Below, one piece after another: positions 55,589 through 64,000 of a DNA stretch of 64,000 nucleotides. The notes beneath the pieces were generated by a model. That model made no database searches. It had not been told where the DNA came from and saw only the letters and a list, made by a program, of their open reading frames with translations. Both the position numbers and the translations under genes were made by a program. Source of the DNA: Octopus vulgaris (taxonomy: Eukaryota); assembly GCA_951406725.2 (NCBI GenBank), contig OX597826.1:16430001-16494000 (forward strand). The letters are read 5' to 3'. How positions within the stretch are numbered: the stretch's first letter is position 1; each line of letters opens with the position of its first letter.

Positions 55589-55658
55589 AACGGCTACTTA
55601 GATTTTCACGTTCTCGTTCGTCGAACGACCGAAGAACGGGAACGTGAAACTGTGAGTA
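55589..55658. ncRNA. Two divergent (back-to-back) minimal hammerhead-like motifs forming a hairpin
   Basis: Plus: CCGAAGA-ACG-GGAA-CGT-GAAA-CTGTGAG-TA (55629-55658). Minus: TCGACGA-ACG-AGAA-CGT-GAAA-ATCTAAG-TA-GCCGTT. Lies between (TA)n and (CA)n tracts. Confidence 0.6.
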
Positions 55659-56707
55659 AAGGATTTTGTTTGTTTCTCTGTCTACGAATTTTCACTTTAC
55701 GAACGTTCTCCGCGAACAAATTAACTTGTATTTCAAGTCATTATTGTATACACACACACGCACACACGCACACACGCACACTCACATACACACACATACT
55801 CACACACACACATACTCACACACACACCCACACACTCACACACACAGAGTCCTACTATAGTACAAGGAATAGACGGAAACCGTTTCAGTAATTTCGAATT
55901 AACGCTCTTTAGTAGGCCAACTAAATGAATTACATTATAAAGTGCAATATAAGGAAAGAAATCAGAGTTAGTAAATTAATATCCTATTGTTGTAGTTTTA
56001 ATTGAATGCCGTCGTCATGCGATCCGAAATTGATGTTTTTGTTGCATTATTTCGTTGATTTATTTCTTTTCGGTGTTGGTGGGAGTGAAAACTTCTACTG
56101 AATAGTAATTCAAAAGAATTAATTAGTCAGTAATTTCAAGAAAGTGACGGAAGCATCATTCAAGAATTGTATAGTGAATGCGGCAGCAGCTCATGTCATA
56201 ATATTTAATTTAGTTAACCTATTTGTAGTTTGAAGAGTAAGTACTCTCGAATAATCATTAAAAAAATACACTCATACGTGCACATACAAACATACATACA
56301 TACAAACATAGATACATATATATATGTGTGTATACATACAAGGCATATGCGAATAGGCACACACTTGCACGCGTTCACTTGAGACATTTGGGTAAATTAC
56401 TGTTTTTTTATGCCTTCTGTTAAACAAGGCCATCCGCAAACAATATGTTCAATGAAGAAATTAGGCCAATGAAGAAGTTCTATGACTCAACGACAAATGT
56501 TATTGCATCACATGTCAGCAATAGATTTTGAATCTGATACTTGGAAAGTATTATTACCTTTAAGGAACAAAAGAGTAACAAAAGCGAGAGAAACGGTTGA
56601 CTGTTTCTGTAACAGATTTAGTAAATAAGCATTCAGCGTATAGCATTCTTGATGATCTAATTTCCTCAGAAATTCCCTTTAACATAAGATTTTATGTACA
56701 TGGGTTT

Positions 56708-56759
<52 letters not shown>

Positions 56760-58749
56760 TGTGTGTGCATGTGTGTGCCTTCCCGCTTTTGTGTAAATGA
56801 ATGTCTTCTCACTTTTGTGTGTGTGTATTTGTGAGTACGTATATGTTCTTACATATATTACTATGTTTTATTCTACGCGTATAAGCGTCTAGTTATATGA
56901 TTTGTATGTTTGAGTTTGTGTAATACATATTAGTTTTGTATTAATATCGATTTTTTAGTGCATGCATGATATTAGTATCATGAATTGATATGCTAAGTGC
57001 TGTACGAGATAACTTTCTTATATGAAAGTCTTTTATGTACAATAAGCAAAGTTCGTAGCATATTTTGTTTTGCCATTGTTTAATTGTATATTTTAAAACT
57101 GTTTTAATATAATAAAGTGCGTTATTGTTTATTTGGATCTTATTTTATAGACCAATCGTACAAATCATATTGTTTTTTACGGTTTTTGCTCTTATAGTTT
57201 CCATCGTAGTTATTCATTTGCATGTTCTTTTTACTGACATACTTTTGTCATCGCTTACAAGAACATTGTGTTTGCGAGCGAGATGCTTTTTTTGTCAGGG
57301 TAAATATGGTTTCCTTCTGTCTTGGTTATCTAAATAAAAAAAACACATATTTTTTACCTAGTCAATCACTTTTTGAGCATACAGTGTATATGATCAGAAA
57401 AATATACATGGCCTATACCTATCAGCCTCAGAGTGGCGCTTAGAGAATCCAGCATTTAACTCTCTCGTGCCATATTGCCAATCTCTCTTTCATCTAAGTT
57501 GCAGTTTCGTAATTAAATTTTTATATGCTTTATATACATAAGGATGTGTATGAGTGATTTCTCTTATGTATATTATTCATACATAGAATAAATATTTTAT
57601 ATATAGAAAAAGTGTTTTGTAGTCTTTTGTATCGGATTTGTTATCACTCAATTCCGTAAATATGAATATGAGATTTTCAAAAGAAAGCATTGGAGGAGGA
57701 GAAATGAGTGTTTCCTAAAACCTTCTATGATATGAGCATGATTCATTTTTATTCTCTTTGTCATGCAGTTTTATTGAAGCCTCTTGTAGTTAGTATCATA
57801 ATTCACGTTTCATTTACACTGCCAAAGCTTTTTATTAACGTGTCCATGCCATATTCAGATGAATGTTTTGCTTTTCGATATCTTGGATAACCACTCAATT
57901 TGATAATTGCAATATATTAAAACCACACAGTGCTTCCTGGCGTTTGTTCTGTTCATATACTGAATTGTCGTTGGATTTCAGCTCAAGGTAAAATGAAATA
58001 TACAAATACGTCAGACGTTTGTGCAATTTTGATATACATGCTTTTGGTATATAGCGTGCAGCATCACCGAATTTAGCCTTTTGGAATTAATGTTATGTTC
58101 CAGTTTGCTAAACGGTACCTATTTTAGTTTCTTTAATAATTCATTGTATATAAACAGCTTAAGTGTATTTTCATCAAACGAATATTCTAGTTGTTTGATC
58201 ACCAGATTAGAATATCTAATTCTTCCAGAGTTATATCATAAAACAACATGCATTTCGTTTTGTGAACATATTCTATGTTCGTTTTGTAAATCAATGCTTA
58301 TTATTACTCAGAACATTATCCTTCTTTAAAATATCAATGATTTGTTTTCATTTTGTTCTTGATATCTTCGTTTTAAAGAACCAATATTCAATGTTATCTT
58401 CTTTTATTTTCTTATTTTATTTTTATTTTCTTTTACATTGATATCCCGATAAATAATTTGACTCTTTACATCAGATATATGTTGTTTTCTGGTGTATCAA
58501 AATATATAAAAGGATAAGAAAAAGCACTCCACATTCCTAGTCTTCGCATTTGGCCACTTCCGGATTGCATAAATTATTTCGTTGTCTTTGCGATTAATAT
58601 TCTTCTTCCTTTCACATCATACATTGGCTCATCCCATAAATAATGAGGTTTTTTAATTGCTTGAACCAAAACTCGGAAGGGAACGAGATACTCTACCTAC
58701 ATCAACTTACTATAAAAGCAGGGAGTAATTTTACCTTGTACCTATTCAT

Positions 58750-58985
58750 AGCTCCGGCAGAGGTGGTGGTGGCGAACCCTGCTGTACTCTTTCACCACAA
58801 CTTTCTCTCACACTTTCTGTTTCTGCTGCACCTGTATTTTAAAGGGCCAGCCTTGTCACACTTTGCGTCACGCTAAATCTCCCCGAGAACTACGTTAAGG
58901 GTACACGTCTCTGTGGAGTGCTCAGCCACTTGCACGTTAATTTCACGAGCAGGCCGTTCCGTTGATCGAATCAACTGGTACCATC
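58750..58985 (+). mobile_element. Family 1 SINE, 5'-truncated
   Basis: Reverse complement of ~42720-42945. Confidence 0.88.
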
Positions 58986-61900
58986 AACTGGTACCACGGG
59001 GTGCTATTTTTTTTTTTTTGCAGGTTTGCTTCAATCCATATATAATGACTTAATCATGCACGCACACATACCCACACGCATACATACACACAAATGACAG
59101 AAAATTCATTACAGTTTCCGTCTGACATAAAACCTCTTATAGATGTGCTGCGTTTAAAAACCTTATATATCGGAGGGACGAAAGACACTCCCAGCAGCTG
59201 TCAGCAAAAGTATCATATGAATTTCTGCTTTGTTCGGCCTTGTCAAATACGTAATAATTGCTTGTCATCTGTGTATATACTTTACTTGTAATACTTAGGT
59301 GGTTACATTAATTACTACGGCTTCGATTGCATACATCTTACTTATTCAGAGGTATGGTTATTTTCTATACTAGTGTATGTATTATGTACTGATTCCCATG
59401 TCAGAATTGATGAATAACTTCCAGGCTTGTGGCTGGCTGATAAATCTATCTGGCATTCTCACTAGCCTCTACAGGGCTGGATTTTTCGCCTCTATCCAAC
59501 ATATTTTGCGACTTTTAAAGACAGCAAACACACAGAAGACTTGGTCCCGACAGAAAACCCAATATCTTGCATGTCAACACTATGCCTGATACATAGATGG
59601 TTATTTTTATTTAATATTGCTTCACTTTAGTACACCAGATTATTTATTCAGCCTTGCCGCCTAATTGCAATGCCAATGAATGTATTACTCCCTGTTCCTT
59701 ATAGTAAAGGCAATGAATCTCTTATAGGCATGTAGCTGACTGCGGTTATACATAACTGACAAGGCCCAACAAGGTCTCAATGAAACTGGCGTTTCGCTAA
59801 CTGCGTGTGAGTTTCTGTTTCGCATACTGTGATTTTTAGCATAGATCGCCTATACAAGATTTTATCTTGGAGGAAAATCACAATAACGTGCCTGCTAAAT
59901 ATGTATGTACGTTAAAAGTGCATCAACAGTGTACAGAGGGCTATTAAACACCTGATTTGCAAAGAGACTAAACAATATAATTTGTAAATTTCAGTGCCGG
60001 ATTTTGAGGAAAAGTTAGATCTTAAGTTTCGCTCGGGACCGTCTTTTGACGAATTATAATGCTGTGTTATAAGAGCTAATCTGCTACGTGAACAGGTGTT
60101 TCTAGTGATTCATCTTTGTGCCGTTGAGGTTTAGAAATTCACTATGGTGTTGGAGTGAACTCTTTTATTTCATTTTCAAAGATTGTCGATGTTCAACATT
60201 TGCATGTATGGTTGTTCTACCACATTTCGTAAGCTGTGTTGCTCTTCCCCTGCATAAATTAGGTGAGTTAGCGTATTTATTTCTTCTGTCCAGTATTTCT
60301 AGTATTGCGTGAAGTCAGGAGCACAAATGTTTGTGTGATGATAATGAATCATATGGATTAACTCCATTATGGGGATTGCCTGTTATTTGACGATGCCTCT
60401 TGTTTCTTGACTTAGCACATTAACTGTTTGTTGTATTAATTGTAATCGATACAGTTTCCGGTATTTGTAGAATCCAGCCTTTGCTGTTGTGTTTATTGCT
60501 TAACTTGCGTTTCTGTGTTTATAGTGATGGCCTTCTAGTTTCATGTATTTACTTTTCGTGAGCTATTCCATTTCTGTAACAAATACTGCTTCGATGTTGA
60601 GTATTCGTTTGCAAACACCCCCCCCCAATATACTTCAATTTAACATTTGTATGACACTGCACATCCTTTGCGATCGATTTTGTGAAATTATAATCTGTAA
60701 TATAATTTCCTATGTAAGAATGGTGAATTCTTACTTCGATAGAATGTTTTCTTCGTCAGAGTTAAAAAAAGAAAGTATCAGCTACTTCGATCTTGGCTCG
60801 GCAAAGGGTGGGTTAAATTCAGGAAATGATGAATAATAACTAAGTTCATTTACATGTGTAGAGGTAAATCTGATCTCTGTTTGCAAGCAACGGGCAAGTT
60901 TGGACAGAAAATAGTATCTATTAGACCCCATGAATATCTTTTATAATATAGTTTAAGGTGCAATGCTGATACCTATTGTCTTTTTAATCCTTGTTTCTTC
61001 ATCGGCTGTGATTTCCCCCTGGAAGACGCTTGCCGTAATAATAGAAGGTGGAAAATGTTGTTTGGTAGAACACTTTGAAGGAGTATCACTTTTGACACTC
61101 ATGTTTTACGTTCCAATATGAATGCACTGATCTGCCAGTATGACATGCTTAATAAATCCTGGAATGACTGGAATTGATTCCACTACAATTTGTTTTCTGG
61201 TTCTCTATTATCCTTAGTGTTGATTTCCTTTAACTTGGTTCATGTTTTTTATATATATTTACTTTAATCAATTTAGCTCTTCACTTTTCGCAAATATTTC
61301 ACGTCATGCATAATAGAAAAGCAACCAAGTTTCTTTCAATAAAAACACTTTCGTTATAATTACTTTCACGAAGAATAATGTACACTTATCGCAATAACCA
61401 GAAGATCGTGAGCAAATACCAATTTTGCAGTTCATATTTTACACCCTCTTGACATACCTTTAAATAATTATGCCATCACCTGGAGAATGATTATCTTCCA
61501 GTAATTGTTATCCATTTCTGAATTGGTTCTCTGGATTTTATTTAATTATTTATTCTTTTGTTTTCCCGCCTCAGTGTTCCTTTCAGTGCCGTGGTTTGTA
61601 TTAAATTCATTTTCTGGACAGAACACAATTTACACCAGGTCACGATTACACTTTTGCGTCTGTCTTTGCAGATAGAGGAATATCCCCCGTAATTTACGCC
61701 GAGAAAAGCATCGTCATATTTATATTTGCTACTCTCGCAAGAGAGGGATATTGCATTATATACACATGTGTGTGTCTGTACGTCAGTATGTGTATGTATG
61801 TGTTTGTGTGTCTGTGTGTGTACAGAGAGTGACAGACATACAAACCTACAGACAGGAAAACTGACTGAATAAGAAATCCATACGCCTACGTATGGGCAAG

Positions 61901-63044
61901 GAAATACTTCAGTGTATAATTATAAAAACCTACAATGTTAACGTGTTTCTAATTGAAAGATACGAATATTATTTTTATAAAATTATGTGAGCTTAGGGGA
62001 AGATTTGGAGCGACAATGAAAATTGACCATAGTTTAGTTGAATAGTAATAGAAGTCAGTTTCTGGCGAGGAAATCCTAATACTCCGGGCAATATTACAAT
62101 TATTGTGAAGTTTCTAAACATGTCACACTCAAAAATTCGATTGCAATCGATTTTATCTTTGACTGTATGTTGTGTTTATTCTTATAAATGTCTCGGTGAT
62201 GGGCGTGAATGGACAAATAACTGGGGCTTAAAAATGACGTACAAATTTACATTGCATTAGTAGTTAATGATGCCGTGAATGCACACCAGTAGCGCCACCC
62301 AATACTGTGCTCTTTCAATGAGAGAGAAAATAAGCGTTCACTTAATACAAAAGAAGACTGTAATTTATGAATGCTGTATCACTCGATTCAGTTTCAAAAC
62401 CGCCAATATCACAACCACTTTCATCTTCTCCCCAATCTGTCTTTCTCTCTCCCTGTGTGATTTTCTTTAGAGACTTTCCCTACGCTCAATATATTTTCCA
62501 CCAGGTCAGAAAGAGACACACAAGGAAAAATAATTTATGTCATAAGCTTCAATAACATTCTCTCCTTAATAACGTATCTCTGTTCCAGTATGGTTCCTAT
62601 TCTGTATCTTAATATATCCACTTATTTCAGGCAGAGTCAGATAAGCAGAAAGATAGATAGATTTGTGCTGCAACTCCATTTTACCTCCATTTTAATAAAT
62701 GCGTAATAAGAATAAGTTTATTTGAGAAAATATTTTCATTCTCAGTTAAGTCTGGAAAAGTAATATTTTCCATAAACTTCTACTGCTAGGTTGTTTGATA
62801 AAGCACGAAGAAACCAAAGTATATTTCACTATTTTGTTCTTTCTGACTACGCATTATGATATTTAATTGTTGAGTGAAATTTCATATATGCGAAAGTCAT
62901 ATATAAATACTGAATTGTTCGTAGAAAATTTACTTTACGTTAACACTAAGTATGGAAATTTTAATAAAACTTAGCTTCTATGTGTATCTCTCTTGCTCTT
63001 TCTCTCTCTCCCTCACACAGATGCACACACTATCTATACATACA

Positions 63045-63400
<356 letters not shown>

Positions 63401-63578
63401 CTTTCCGTATCACACAAGTTTCTAGCGAGGCAGGAACGTTAGACAAGCTTGCTTATATTCCTTATTAATAATCCAGACGTAATACAAACATATTGCACAT
63501 AAACTGTCTTTTTCGATTATAACTGACATATCTAGTAAAGACATACAGCATATATTACAATTACGAATGCATTTTATT

Positions 63579-63655
<77 letters not shown>

Positions 63656-64000
63656 GCATACATATACATAAATTTCACATTCGGTTAAATTAATTAAATT
63701 TAATTCTACCAGTGAATGTATCAATCAATTTCATCTTTATTCGGTAAAGTGGTCCAACTTAATAGCAGAAAATAAATATCCAGTATTATTTAAAATTCCC
63801 CAGCGAGTATTTAATCCAAACAATTTATTTGTACATATATAAAACATTCAACCAGACTTTCTATAATCAACATCCCCATAAAACTCACCAACATATGTAC
63901 TTACAACGAACATTGTGTTCTTTTCCATAATTTATTTGAGCGGATAATATTGCACCAGGTGTTCTAATGTTCTGGAATTAAAGCAGCTGCAAATTTGTGT

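Noticed and set aside
57700-61300. Stretch that may be a very old retroelement or host exon series
   Set aside because: No motif could be read with confidence; a frameshift-aware protein search would be needed.

Overview
This is AT-rich eukaryotic non-coding DNA (intron or intergenic), most likely from a cephalopod such as Octopus. That assignment is an inference from the SINE families and the very high density of (TA)n/(CA)n/(GA)n/(GAA)n/(GATA)n microsatellites. I found no credible host protein-coding exon; almost all ORFs in the track are translated microsatellites or SINEs. The window holds three tRNA-derived SINE families, several decayed RTE-clade LINEs, three decayed mariner transposases, one nearly full-length degenerate Penelope-like element (PLE; RT + C-terminal GIY-YIG, Hydra-clade-like, 44330-46540) and a second PLE endonuclease fragment (7266-7560). 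The most striking signal is a set of short non-coding elements from several families with no obvious mutual similarity, most of them in or next to (TA)n tracts. They are built as direct repeats or long fold-back palindromes, and most carry a minimal type I hammerhead-ribozyme motif. One motif looks intact (3280-3343, minus strand) and several share a CCGANGA core variant. All coordinates and pairings were read by eye; no searches or folding programs were run.
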